Below are positions 9,425 to 27,990 of a stretch of DNA of 64,000 nucleotides, piece after piece; positions within the stretch are counted from its first letter, which is position 1; each line of letters begins with the position of its first letter. The stretch lies in assembly GCF_964204645.1 (NCBI RefSeq), contig NC_134030.1, forward strand, positions 18,994,210-19,058,209, written 5' to 3'. The notes below the pieces were generated by a model. That model ran no database searches, was not told the origin of the DNA, and saw nothing but the letters and a program-made list of their open reading frames with translations. Position numbers and translations under genes: made by a program. This DNA comes from Tubulanus polymorphus. Lineage: Eukaryota; Animalia; Nemertea.

Positions 9425-12400
9425 ATGGGTCATAACGTATCGACGCTGTGGTCTCCAGTCGTTATAACTGTCAAAACCGGCGACAGAAAAGGCGCCGGAA
9501 CCGACGCAAAGATTAAAATCCGCCTTCACGACAGCGACGGATGGGTCTCACCTGATATTACGTTGGACAACATGTTCAAAGACGATTTTGAACGAAACAA
9601 ATCCGATACTTTCTCGGTCCAAAGAGAGTTTCCCGATTGCGGGCCTTTCACGTAAGTAGGAACGTATTTTCTGTTTGTTTTTTTTTTGTTCAGTGATATG
9701 TTATTTGTCTGAACGACTGCCGGTTTTTGTCTTGGGCACCGAATTTGAATATTCGAATATTTTCAGAGTCGAAAGCCATTGGAGTGCATCAATAGTCCGT
9801 TAGTATACTAGACCGGGGCCAACTAGTCCAAGGGTCCACTAGTGAGCCCATAAGAGACTTGCCTAATAGTGGATCCTCGGATTAGTGGACCTTAAGGCAA
9901 ATGGTTTCCCAGACTATTGGGCTGATTATGGTGCTATTTCCCACGATGCTATTTACGGGCAAAATGATCGTAAATAAGAGTTTCAAAAGTTTTCATACTG
10001 TCGATTCCAGTGTATTACAGTGCCATGCGATGTATTCAATAGGCAATTGATTGCTTTGTTCCTGGAGACATAGCGATAAGTTATAAGTCGTATTACCCAC
10101 GATAGCTCAACCCCTTCTGAACCCCCCGCCGAAACATCCCTTAATCTACATCGATTAAAACCCGCGATATTGAACTAAACTGACTGCGAAACAACAATTA
10201 TTCTAAGCGGGTGACCTTTGCATCGCCAACAGCTGATGTTAGAAAACCAAACGCATTACAATCTGCTGTAATTGGCCTACTAATCAACTGGTTCAGCAAT
10301 TCGGGTCAATAGTGCAATCGCAAATCTATTCGTCACCGATTTGAAAAAAAGAATCTAGACCTTTCTTATCGGCGATTCAATCGAAAGTCTCATCAGCCCT
10401 ACTGGGTAAAGGTTGTTGAACTATCGGTCTAATTATTCTTGAAAAAAGCGCCGCGCTCGACTAAAAAGATAATACTCGCAACCCTTGTATCATGCATGGC
10501 AATAACATCTAGCTCGAGACCACGGGTATCACGGGTATCACGGGTATCACGGGTATCGCGGGTATCGCGGGTATCGCCGTTTTTCAAAAAGATATGTTTC
10601 TTGCTTCGCTGTGGTGCAGGCTATATAGTATGTGACCGAAACATCGAAACATTTCATATCATATACATTTTAACTGTACGACGAGTACAACAAAATGGTT
10701 TTCAACAATACCGTAATTAATTAATTAAAACCGTCATTTCAAAAAGTTCACTGAAATGAATAGTAACATGTGTCAGAAGTGATAGCCAAGAAATTGATTC
10801 TATTCCCTTCATCAAATCAGAAAATTTTACGATGTCAAAGCGCGTTTTCTAAACAAGACAAGATTTTCTAAGATATTCTAGATATTATGACAATAACATT
10901 TTTTTTTGAAAATGTCCACTCGCGTGTTCAGTTTTTAAATTCATCGAAAACGAAATAAGAAATTAATATGAAATACATTCACTTACAAAATAAACGCCAA
11001 ATTCAAAAAATTCTATTTGTTATTTTGAAACGCCAATATTGATGACGTTGTGATCAATATTGACTACGATTACTGGTCATACAGTCTTTGACGTCATCGA
11101 CGCAGATTGATGACGTAGTGCACATCGACGTAGACCGAACCCCTTAAAAAGCGCGTACTATCGTTGTATATAAACATCAACGTTGTTTATACGCCGGCGA
11201 AGAATTTAATTTTCGATTTTATCCATTTCAAGGGCTATAGAGATCATAAGCGATCAATCGGGTCTTATGCCTGATTGGTACGTCGATACAATACACGTAC
11301 TACACAGACGACTAGAAGAAACATTCGTATTTCCCATTTATCGCTGGATCAAAGAGAAGAGATTGTATATATTCCGCTGTTTGGACGTCAGTCTACCGCA
11401 GTTCGACCCGTATCCCGAGCAACGACGGGAAGAGCTGAGACAAAAGCGGGATGTTTACAAATACTGCGAGAAATACCCCGGCGCCCCGGTGCAGGTAAGC
11501 TACGTTTAATTCGATTTTTATCAGGGGCGGGTCTAAGAATCTGGAAAAGGGGCTAATTAGGCTGCAATGAGCTAATTGTGGGGCAAAGAACTGAATTGAA
11601 GTGTTGCCCGTGCACTGACAGCAGCCAACAGGACTCGAACCAGGTTGTTAATCAACACTGCGCATAGATATACAAGTGCAGTGTCAACGACTGATTTTGT
11701 GGTCACTGCGCCGGCCCGGTGTCTACTGGCTGTTAGCTTAAGGGTATTTTTTGCTTTGATTGTCTTTTTTGGTAACTTAAAAAGCTCACACACAGAAATC
11801 ATATATTACATCTTGCCGGAGGCGCGGCGAGGCCTGTATAGGTCAGAAAATCTTCGTAGGGATGTAGTTGAAATCAAATGTTCAGTTTAGAGTTTTCCCG
11901 CGATATCGGAACGACTATTTAAGATATTTCTAAATTGTGGATCGTTGGCCAAAATTAACGACGACATGACTTTGATTTTCCTGCCCCCTCCCCCTTCCTT
12001 TCCCAACTAACGAGTCGACGAGCGATTGATTAATCGTGGATACGTCTTTTTACAGGTTGAAAATTTACCAAAAGACGAGCAGTTCAGCGAAAAACATCAA
12101 GTACGTAATTTATGTTATTTTTATTTCTGTCCACTCCTAGTGAAATCTACAATTGGATACCGGCAACACCAGACGGCGCAACAAAACACTGGGTCATTCA
12201 TAGTGAAAGGCAGTTCATTTCATTATCAATGAAATTTGAACTTGATTTGTAGGTTTCGATATTGGCGTTTTAGAATAACGATTACAGTTATGAATTTGGG
12301 CATTTATTTTGTAACGAAATATATTTCATAACTCTTATTTTATTTTTGATAGAATTTGATAATTTTTGTTGAGAGGATGTGTGCTAGGTCATCAATATAT

Positions 12401-13350
12401 CGAGGTTAGACTGGTTGTCGGTCAATTCAATTCAATTCAATTTTCTATCGTCGACAGTATCAAGGAATATGCTGGTTGTTTCTCAAAGCGTCTTTTGAAC
12501 TTTTGAGTTAGTTTTCTTGTCTATTTTCTTTTAGGTCGATATGATGTACGCTAAATTCAAATTACTGGGAGAAAAATTCGTCTTCAAGATTTTATCACTA
12601 GGAGATTATTGGGATTCGCTGGATCATCTGAGCACTGCTTATCGCGGCAAAAACATGCATACGCCAAAGGTGTTTATTCATATGATCCTCCCTTTGACAA
12701 TTTTACTGCTCCCAGCCCAGTCCCACTCCTTCAGACATCGATGATCGTAGCGTGAATTGTGCACGATCAGTATTTGGAAAAGTGCTGATGAAATCTAATG
12801 TTCGGTATTTGTAATTCATTTTTAAAAAGGAATCCTTCGACACAATGTGAAATGCGGTCAGTTTTGAAAAGTGTACTGATTAAATATCGAGTGTCTGGTG
12901 TTAGTAATTCATTCGCAATTGAAAATATCTCAGATAAAGTACCGGCTACACGTAGAATGTGAATGATCGTTTTTTTTTTAAAGTTAGCAGATGAAATGTC
13001 TAATGTCTGGTATCTGTAGTTCATTTTCAACAAATGAATACTCTGATCACTATATCTAACAATCATTTAGCGTCTATGCTGGACGTTTTTTCGATTAATA
13101 TATTGTGTATCTTCTTGTATTTTTTTAGGCTACGAAATACTGGAAAAACGACGATTCATTTGCGGCGCAGAGACTTATGGGTTCAAACCCAATGCTGATA
13201 AAACTATGCAATTCGATACCAAATAAGTACGTAATATGCTCCCTCTCCCTCTCCCTCTCCCTCTCTCTAATCCTCTCCCTCTCCTTCTCCATCTCCGTCT
13301 CCCTCTCCCTCTCTCTAATCCTCTCCCTCTCCTCCGTCTCCGTCTCCGTC

Positions 13351-13397
<47 letters not shown>

Positions 13398-13446
13398 CTA
13401 CCTCTTCCTCTCTCTAATCCTCTCCCTCTCCTTCTCCGTCTCCGTC

Positions 13447-13487
<41 letters not shown>

Positions 13488-16400
13488 CTCCCTCTACCTC
13501 TTCCTCTACCTCTCCCTCTCCCTCTCCCTCTCCCTCTCCCTCTCACGGTTGTACCTCTATTCTCGTCTAACAGTTTTGCGGTAACCGATGAGATGGTGAC
13601 GCCGATAACTGAAGGTTCGACGATCGCTAAACTTATCAGCGAAAAGAGGCTTTACATCGTCGATCTGAAAATCCTCGAAGACATAAAACCAGCGGATAAA
13701 ACGAGAGTTGTAAGTTACCGATACGAAATGACATCCAGAGAAATATCTAATAATATCATACTAATCAATATTCTATTATTTCCAATGCAAATTGTCTCGG
13801 GAGATGTCCTCTTAATGACACAATACATCTGGATGATAAATTTGTGAAGGGAGCGAGTGCTGATAATATTGTCTAATAGCCTGTGATTGTACTCAATGTC
13901 GGATCAAACATGCCTCAGGCGAAGCTCTGACCATATTTGGAGGCTTTAGTCGGGCTAATCCCTTTCCAGTTGGACCGTGTTCTGACCTTCCCTATTCGGA
14001 AGATAGTTGCGAAGTTAAAATTTCACGTTCAATCGAATTTTGTCAAACAGGCAGTATCTATGGTGGCTGATAAGGGCCATAGCGTAAAATTCCTGGTATG
14101 TAAATGAAAGCGCCAGAACGCCAGAACGCCAAAACGAAAAAAACGTCCAATTTTCTCTAAAAGTTCGTTTTGGCACGCCAAAACAACGAATATTCCGTTT
14201 TGGCGCCCCGCCAAAACGAACTTACATTTTGGCGCCCCCGCCAAAACGAACTTTAAACCACGTAAAATAATTCTATACATACGTAAAATATTTTCATACA
14301 TGCAAATTTATGCAAATTACACACAAGTTCAACGCACCAAATTGAAAAATGATTTTACTGTGGTTGAATGCTTGTTTTGGCGGGGGCGCCAAAACGGAAA
14401 TAACCGCGCCAAAACGAACTTTCAGAGAAAATTGGACGTTTTTCGTTGTTTTGGCGGGGGCGCCAAAACGGAATTTTCTTTGTTTTGGCGCGCCAAAACG
14501 AACTTTCAGAATTGGACGTTTATTTTCGTTTTGGCGTTCTGGCGTTCTGGCGCCCTCATTTACATACCAGGAATTTTACGCTATGGCCCTTATCAGCCAC
14601 CATACAGATTAAATGTGAAACTGTTTTATAGTTGATCGGGCTATCACGTAGATTCTATTTTGCGGTGGATGATGATCACTTGCCCAAAGAGTTAAGGGTT
14701 TAGATCGTTTGATGCAATCGCGGCCAGGAGGTCGTCAGAACGCATACTGGGCCTTTTTCGAAATTATCTGTAGGTTGCGCCCCAGATTTCCGCATTATGG
14801 ATTGGTGCCCGTGGCAGACGCAGCATTTGTAACGATGTTCAAACTGCCCATTTATTTGGCGGGACCGTTCGTGAATTGCTTCTACCCGCGCCCTGCAGTG
14901 AATTCCTAAACACATGTCTAATGTGGACGAGCATGGAAGAGTGGAATATCGTATGGAAACCCAGGCAGCACATATTTGAAACATATTTGATCGATTTATT
15001 CAAGGCATTTATTCATTTTCTGTCAAAACTGACTTACAATCCTGATTTCAAATTTCGAAATTGATTAGAAAGTAATTTCCTCGTTGTAGCTTTGCGCTCC
15101 GATGGCCTTATTTTTTGTAAACAATGGAGGAAAACTGATGCCGCTTGCGATACAACTGTTTCAAACGCCGAGTCCGAACAACCCAGTAAGTAAAAATGAT
15201 CACATTTTACTTTTCTTTCTAACCTTCGAAAAGACGACCCATTGTCGATAGCATCCAAAGATCATTTCTAGTCAACAATTTCCCATTGAAATGAAATAGG
15301 CCCTCTGGTAAAAAGTATTGATGGCATTGCAGTTTCATTGTATGTTAACATCGTCATTTTCCCTGCAGGTCTTCCTGCCAACCGATGGACAATACACTTG
15401 GCTGGCTGCTAAAATGTGGTACAATAATGCTGATTTAGCCTATCACCAGTCGTTGACTCATTTAGGTAAGTTAAAGGACGAACTATGAAACGAAATGTGT
15501 AAATCATTGAATAGGAAATAACGTGATGTTTTGATAATAATCATCCGTCACTTCACGATAAAATGAACTACGAAAAGCCATCTGACCGTACGATGGAACG
15601 GTCTGACGTCGGCCAAAATAAGAATGGTGGATTAAAGCATCAACGAGTTCAGCCGTATAACTTGATTTTCGTTGGCTGATTTTAGAATAGTCTCAACGAA
15701 TCGGCTTAGGTAGCTCTGTATTCACCGTCTCCAGAGTTTCGCCATAGTGTGGAATGTCGACCATCCTCGCTTGCCAGGGTTTGATTACCGCCTGTTGAAG
15801 CTCACTCAATACAAACCCTGGCCAAAATTCACTGACCTATTACACCGACCACGAAATCCTGGGCGGACAGGTTCCCGGTCAGCGCCCACCAGTCTATATA
15901 TCTAGCCAATCAGATGCGTGGTATTCATAGAGAAAACGTCATGTGCCTTAAAACATCCGATTGGCTAGATATATAGACTGGTGGGCGTTGAGCGGGAACC
16001 TGTCCGCCCAAGAAATCGTGGGTGATGTAATAGACCAATAAAGGGTTTGTTGCCAGGGTTTGTGTTGGCGTATATATTGTTTTAAAGTTTTTGAAAACTG
16101 ATATATGTAACATCAGGCAGCATGAAATTCATTCCTAATTAATTGATATATACATATTAATTCTTTTTACTTGAGGTTTCACCCATTTGCTGATGGAGGG
16201 TGCGGCCATTTGTAGTCACAGGAATATATCACCGTCACATCCTGTATTCAAACTATTGGCTCCACATTTTCTAAACATCATGGCCATCAACAGGTAAAAT
16301 AACCAGTATCAGCCTACATTCAACGCCATGTTATCATCAATATAAACCGAAATCGTTAAACAAATAACAAGAGCCCAGGTCCACAGTTCTGAGTATAGAT

Positions 16401-19400
16401 TTGATACAGAGTTAACTTAAATCATCATCGAAAATGAACGTGTTTCAACTCAGAGAAACCTTCGAGAAATTTATGGAAAAGTGCCCTTTTTGCAAATATT
16501 ATTGTTATATCCTATAGAACTGCTCTTTCTGGGACCTCGCCAAATGCTACCATGTCTAACATGAAAGGTCCGCCATTAATCTTTTGTTTCAATCTGTATT
16601 TCAATTTGTATTGAGTTATATTTTGCTTGGTTTATCTCACACAGTTTGGCGTTGGAGAGATTGGTCAGTCCTGGAGGTTGGATTGACAAAACTATGACGT
16701 CTGGAGCTAGCGGTTTATTTGATATCGTCGTCAAAGCGTAAGTTTATCGACTTGGAAATAAGCCTCGAATTATAGAGCTGATGACTTCGGATTTCTTGTG
16801 TAACTTCGTGAACTCTTCCTTCAAGTGTTTCCCATGCTCTTCGGAACAAGACCAGTATAAGATAGAATTAGATGCGCTAGAACGTGGTGTCAGTAGTCCT
16901 CCAGTGGTACTAGACCGAATGATGGAGAGAGACTGGTTAAGATTCATTTAAAAGCCCCTAAACTTAATCGAAAACTTAAACTTAATCCTATACATAGCTT
17001 AGAGCCCTTCCTAGCGTAAAACTAAGTTCTTAGTTGTATAAACATATAGACTTCAAGAACGGTATGGAGCGATATTCGATCGAACTGTTCAATCAAATTC
17101 GCAATTGATAATATCTTAAGGTTTTTTCTTTTTACCATTCTTAAGTTGGAAGGATTGGAGACTCGACTTAGACGGAACGTTACCGAATGAACTGAAAAAT
17201 CGCCAAGTAAGTACACCGACACTGACTAGTCGCACACCGTCGCTTACGATCACCACGCGGTCGAAATAAGTGCATATCTGAAACCGATTGGAATACGCAG
17301 CGAGGCCCGTACCCACATCTAATCACCCGATTGTTTTTTCTTATTAACCAGGTCTACGACTCGAAGTATCTCCCTAACTATCATTATCGTGACGATGCGC
17401 TGTTGTGCTACGACGCCATCGAATCATACGTTACAGAAATCATCGATATTTACTACGGTACGTAAAACGATATGATGCGAAACGATGATATCAAGTACGG
17501 TACCGAGTTCTCCGGTAGATTGAGTCGAGGTGTTCAGTACCTCAAATAACTCTTATCGGCAGTTCATATTATTGAGCGATCTAGTTTTCTAACTACCAAT
17601 TCCGTGTCTCAAACTGCGCATGCGCGTAGGCGCTGTGCATAAAAAATATCAGTGAGATGAAATGGTAGTTAGAAAAGCTCGTTCTCCACATTGACATAAT
17701 ACGCGTATTTATTGCTACAAATATGTAATATCACATTAGTAACTTCTGTCTTCATATCTCACCTTATTGATTGAATTTCTATTTGTGTGTTTTCTGGAAA
17801 TGCTGTGTTTTCTCTCAAAATCCCGTAATACGAGTTCGAGTGTAAAAGCAGCAAAGATTATTGATTTCCCGTTGAATTAATGATAATGATAATGATAATG
17901 GTAATTATAACGATAACGATAACGATTGATAATGATGATGATAATGATAATGATAATAGCAATAGCAATAGCAATAGCAATAGCAATAGCAATAATAATA
18001 ACAACAACAATAACAATAGCAATAATAATTTTATCTCCACAATAAATAACAACTTGTCATATAGAGATATGCGAGAATATACAAATATGAAATATTTTAA
18101 CATAATGTGTTTATAATCGTTTAAATATCATCAGATTGTATCGATACGTTGAAACAAGATGAAGAGATACAGAACTGGGCGTGTGAGTTGTGTAAATCGG
18201 TGGCGGCTGGAGGCTGCGGGATTAAGGTTCGTTTGTAATTCATGTGATGATGTATACTTTACGATGGGCGACTATTTTGGCAATTGGCCAACGATACGTC
18301 GCTTCGTGCCAACAGCAATGTAATATCTAGATACATGACCGATGCACACGGTGAAAAAAAGTGCCGAAATACGAAACGGTAAAATGCGTTTATGAGTTTC
18401 GGTGATTCAGTTTGTTTAACGTTCTAACAAGAAGATTATTTCGAGAAAGAAAAATATTTTTCACCTTGTCACCTCCGAGGCTCTGTAGATTGACGATGAT
18501 GAATTTTTAATGCTGTTTTTGGGCAGAATTTCCGGCGTTAGATCCAAATCTTAAGAGCACTTTAAAAAACCGCTTTCCGTGTGCGCTAGGAAGCTTAACC
18601 ATTTTTTAATCGAACATATTTATTTTATTTTTCATTTACAGGGTGTGCCGGGCGATGGTCGTCTTGAAAACAAAACCGACCTGATATCGATATGCACATC
18701 GATAATATACATGTCAAGCGTGGGCCACGCCGCGGCGAATTTCAATCAGTATGAAGATTATGCGTTTCCCCCGAACTATCCGGCTTGCCTTCACGGTAAA
18801 CCACCTAACAATAAGGTAATATATAGCAAATCTAATGGTAGCTTGTAGATGTATTGGCGTCCCAACCGGTAAAACTCTTTGCGTTCAAATATATTGTCAG
18901 AATACTTCAAATGAAACGGTCATTTTGAGTTATAACGGCAGATTTATCTAAAATACAGCTGTTTTCTCATCTGAATGACTCCGTAGTCACGTTTTTGTAT
19001 TTTCAAAACGTCGCTTGTCCACATCCACTCGTTGTGCCTCTTCAGCGGAATGAAAGGCATTCTTTCTAAAATAAGCATTTTCTGAAGTAGATTAACCGAA
19101 AAAGATACCAGACAAAATTGGCCCTTGGTTCTAGTATATTCCGTGAAAAGATTAACATTCATTTTGTTATAATGCTAAGGAGTAATCCTTCTGGGCCCAG
19201 TTTCACGAAAAAGTTTAAGCCTAAAACGGTTAAGTTTGAATTGTTGTCCTCATTCAAAACATGAAGTAACCAACAGCAATTACACCAAAAATTTGAGTTT
19301 AACTTTTTTTGTGAAACTGAGACCAGATATTAACATTTCACTATGGTTTTTTTACTTATATTAAAATCACTCACGTTTCGTTTTCTTCGTGTAAGTTTAA

Positions 19401-20226
19401 TTTCCCCTCTCTCTCTCCGCTAAAAATAGGACGAGTTGACCGAGCTGGATATCGTTAAGATTATACCGACCAAAGAACAAACTCTCGATACGATGGTCGT
19501 GACGAAAATTCTCAGCAACCGCGCTACGCAGGCGCTGGGGGAATTCGAAGTCACCTACGCCCACGATCCGAAAGCACTGGACGCAATCACAAGGCAAGTA
19601 CTAGTTTTTGTTCGCCAATCTCTCCATTTCCATTTCATCTCAAAATTGGGGCCGCCGGTCTCCTCACATGTTCTCACGGTCTAAACCGATATAATCTATT
19701 AGAATGACATAGACGTAAATATGCCAAATAAGGCTAAAAAATTATACCTCGATTCTTAAGAGCTGAACCGGTCGGCTGGGTCTACCTTATTTAGCGGGGA
19801 GGGGGCAATTTTCAGAAAGTGCCCACTGCATATATTATTACTGATATAAAACTGTCCTTTTTGGGTTTCTCTCTGCCCCCATCAAAATAGATATCATCAT
19901 AAAAAATGATCGATATTTAGAAACAATCTTAAGCATGCAAATATCAAAACTAGTATGCTGATTTAGAAATTGTCTAGGTTCTGTAATTGAAATCGCTTAG
20001 AATATATGTTTGACGTCCTGTATCAAGTTATTGCGTTAGTGAAATATTGCGAAATGTCAGACACGGATTTCTGCACGTATTTCAATTATATTGTGTATTC
20101 TATTTTTTCAGATTCAAGGAGAACCTTAAATCGATCAGCGCAACTATCAAAAACAAGAACTCAACTCGCGAAATGGAATACACGATTTTAGATCCAGCAG
20201 AAATTCCCAATTCTATCAGTATTTAA
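9425..20226 (+). CDS. Lipoxygenase (PLAT plus non-heme iron catalytic domain), 16 coding exons, 672 aa
   Basis: Exons 9425-9651, 11233-11494, 12056-12100, 12535-12669, 13129-13226, 13574-13709, 15090-15185, 15369-15465, 16176-16293, 16645-16737, 17146-17206, 17352-17457, 18135-18226, 18642-18815, 19430-19593, 20112-20226. Total 2019 nt, all phases compatible. Motifs: PLAT (VKTGDRKGAGTDA), WLAAK, HQSLTHLGFTHL, HPVFKLLAPHF, YHYRDD, HAAANF and C-terminal IPNSISI. Confidence 0.96.
10520..10577. repeat. 9-bp tandem repeat (CRCGGGTAT) x6
   Basis: Read directly; lies in a LOX intron. Confidence 0.9.
11020..11210. repeat. Dispersed repeat (probable DNA transposon end); related copies at ~23619-23750 and ~39315-39445
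   Basis: Shared TTATTTTGAAAC..AATATTGATGACGT...ACATC...GAACCC...CGCGTACTA motif chain in all three places. Confidence 0.7.
13240..13543. repeat. Polypyrimidine microsatellite (CTCTCC/CTGTCC)n in a LOX intron
   Basis: Read directly; it produces the low-complexity RG/LS/LP ORFs. Confidence 0.95.
14059..14604. mobile_element. Foldback MITE with long terminal inverted repeats and internal CGCCAAAAC sub-repeats
   Basis: TATGGTGGCTGATAAGGGCCATAGCGTAAAATTCCTGGTATGTAAATGA at the left is the exact reverse complement of the right end; TA at both termini. Confidence 0.88.
15812..16061. mobile_element. Foldback/MITE in a LOX intron
   Basis: AAACCCTGGC...GGGCGGACAGGTTCCC...CGCCCACCAGTCTATATATCTAGCCAATC is mirrored by GATTGGCTAGATATATAGACTGGTGGGCG...GGGAACCTGTCCGCCC...GCCAGGGTTT. 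Confidence 0.8.
17880..18050. repeat. Compound AAT/GAT/AGCAAT microsatellite
   Basis: Read directly from the sequence. Confidence 0.92.
19191..19326. mobile_element. Short palindromic MITE, Harbinger-like (GGCCCAGTT termini, CWG flanks)
   Basis: CTGGGCCCAGTTTCACGAAAAAG ... CTTTTTTTGTGAAACTGAGACCAG. Related elements at ~8560-8660, ~16375, 22853-23003, ~41635-41710, ~52435-52540 and ~61550-61665. Confidence 0.65.
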
Positions 20227-20270
20227 TCACATCCATAACTGTTAAACAATGTTCTTTGAAAGCGCTACAA

Positions 20271-20682
20271 TAGGGAAGTTTCCAGTTTCCAGGCGCCATT
20301 TTGAGGCGGTCCCGCGGGTGCCGCATTGTTGGAAAGATTTTTTAAACTAAAACCTTTAGCGCGATTCACTGTAGTCCATCCCTCTTTTGCTTCAAAAGCT
20401 TAAGTCATCTTTTCGAGGCGCCTTCCTTTAAGTGACGCACATATTTTCTAAACTGTAACTGTATCCGATTGTTGCAGCCGAGAAAAATAAAATAAACACC
20501 ACCAGAAAATAGAAATTGTCACCTTTCTAACGATACATGACTTAAATTTTTGAGGCAAAAGAGGGATGGACTACAATGAATCGCGCTAAAGGTCTTAGTT
20601 TAAAAAATGTGAAAATCTTTCCAACAATGCGGGACCCGTGGGACCACCTCAAAATGGCGCATGGAAACTGGAAACTTCCCTA
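20271..20682. mobile_element. MITE with ~130-bp imperfect TIRs immediately 3' of the LOX stop codon
   Basis: TAGGGAAGTTTCCAGTTTCCA...TGTAGTCCATCCCTCTTTTGC is mirrored by GCAAAAGAGGGATGGACTACA...TGGAAACTGGAAACTTCCCTA. Confidence 0.88.
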
Positions 20683-21501
20683 TTCATGCTGGTGGTGGAT
20701 TAACGAGAATGTATAGTGCTAGGGGACGAAAGATCTGGCAATATTTTGATTCATAGATAGAAATATTATCATGAATGAATATAATGCCATTGCGTAATTC
20801 GTTTATAGCTTCAATACTTGATTTTACCGAAACTGTATCAGTTGCAAACAATTTTTTTTAGTGTTGTTGAATAAAGATTGAATTGAATTGACTTCTAGTT
20901 TCGATTCAATGCATGCCGTCAATATCGTATCACTCATTGAGTCATCGTGAATATTCGATGTCCTCGTTGATTTAAGTTAAAGAAAATAAATAGCATGTCG
21001 TTTACTGTAACCGGCTGGTTGTTGTTGTATCGGCAGGCTGGCTGGGGAACTAGCATTTACACCAGCGGTACAGGATTCCATCCATCAGGAACAACGAGGC
21101 AGTTAAACCTTATACGTACAATCTTTATTGCATCCCGGAATGAGAATGATTATCATAACTTTACACAGTCTTTATATACAGAATCATGAGTATAATGTGA
21201 GAACTATGTGTCAGACAAGTTGTAGACGTCAGGACTCACAAACTAACCCCTAGTGACACATGTATGAGAGACATTAATTAATTATTGATTTGCGCTGACA
21301 AGAGCTAATTACTATGAAAACATATTGAATAATGTCACATGTTTATTACGATTAAGCATATATTAATACTATATTCATAAGTTATTTGCATTATTAATAT
21401 TATTATTATTATTGTCAAGCATTTCCATGTAGTAAGAGATATGAAAATTATGAACCATTCGATATGAAATTGTAGATATATATGATTATAGAATATGCAA
21501 C

Positions 21502-21760
21502 TTATATCAGGGTGACAATACTAGTGTTCGCGCTTTTTCTTCGATAGAAAACAGCTTTCAGTTGATTCCGAAATCGACGCCTCGAAGTACAATAGATGAT
21601 GAAATTACGAGAGGCTACGATCATTCTGATTAGATTTCGAACTAGGTTCAATATCGAGTACGAGGAGCTTTTACCAATCCGCGTTCCGTTCAGAGCTAGA
21701 ATACAACTGGTGATTGCTGCACTCAGAAAAAAGGCCTTTTCTTTAAATGAAAACATGAAA
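21502..21760 (-). pseudogene. Relic of a class A peptide GPCR 3' end (TM7 and helix 8)
   Basis: LNLVRNLIRMIVASRNFIIYCTSRRRFRNQLKAVF resembles the NFIIYC...FR TM7/H8 signature of FMRFamide-type receptors. Upstream TMs could not be recovered. Confidence 0.45.
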
Positions 21761-22643
21761 TAAGAACTAACGGTACTGCTTAAGAAGTTTGAATATTCGT
21801 AAAAATAAATTCGTATGGCTATAGCAATAAAAACCGACTCATTCCAAGTGCTAGTCAGGCACATCTTTACGGGTTTTAGCAAAAATGCCGATCCCGGCTT
21901 AAAATCATTTTGAGCATCGATCGAAAAAAATCACCCGTCGGTGACGCATAAACACGGTGGCTGATTGGCGACATGTCAATATTTTTTTCATCATCCTCCA
22001 CGGAAACGGGCAAAAACAATTCAAACTGCGCAAAAACGAAATATTTTGTTCTTGCGCGTTTAAAAAGTTTGTTTTTGCGCGGTAAAAGTTCGTTTTTGTG
22101 CATTTGAGAGACGCAGTGGCCGCGTGGTTTAAGCCGCCGGTCTTAGCCGCCGGTCGTTAATTCTCGTTCAAAATTTACACGCGCTTCCGAACTCAAATGA
22201 TTCGAGGCAAAATTGCAGGAAAAATAAGTATAAAATCACGTCTGAGATGAACTTTTCACATCGTATTTACGTATTCATATTTCGGATAATTTTGCTGACA
22301 ACACGGATTTAATCGTCTGACCGTCTCGGTTCGCGCTACGTGATTAACGCATTCATCAGATGGTAGTAATATTTCACAGGAGTTTGTTTGAATGCGGCGT
22401 CATTGTAATCATCACCCGCGTGACTGTCTCCGCTAATTTCACACGCGTTCGATTCATTTCAATTTTCATTATCTTTTCGTTCTTTGTCTTTTCGTGTCGG
22501 TGTCTCGTTTCATGCGAACATGGTATCTTATTGTATAGACAACGAACGGTCACGATATCCGACGCATAAATAACAGGTATCTTAACTACCGGTTTTCATT
22601 TACGAGTCGCGATCGAGTTGTGCGTCATTTTCATCCGGTTGAG

Positions 22644-27990
<5,347 letters not shown>

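Noticed and set aside
9425-11494. Allene oxide synthase-LOX fusion
   Set aside because: The 672-aa model starts directly with PLAT, and I found no catalase-like domain upstream.
13175-13847. RG-, LS- and LP-repeat ORFs
   Set aside because: Intronic CT microsatellite; only the flanking LOX exons are coding.
22115-22160. tRNA gene (GTGGCCGCGTGGTTTAAG A-box)
   Set aside because: No B-box or cloverleaf follows; at most a SINE fragment.
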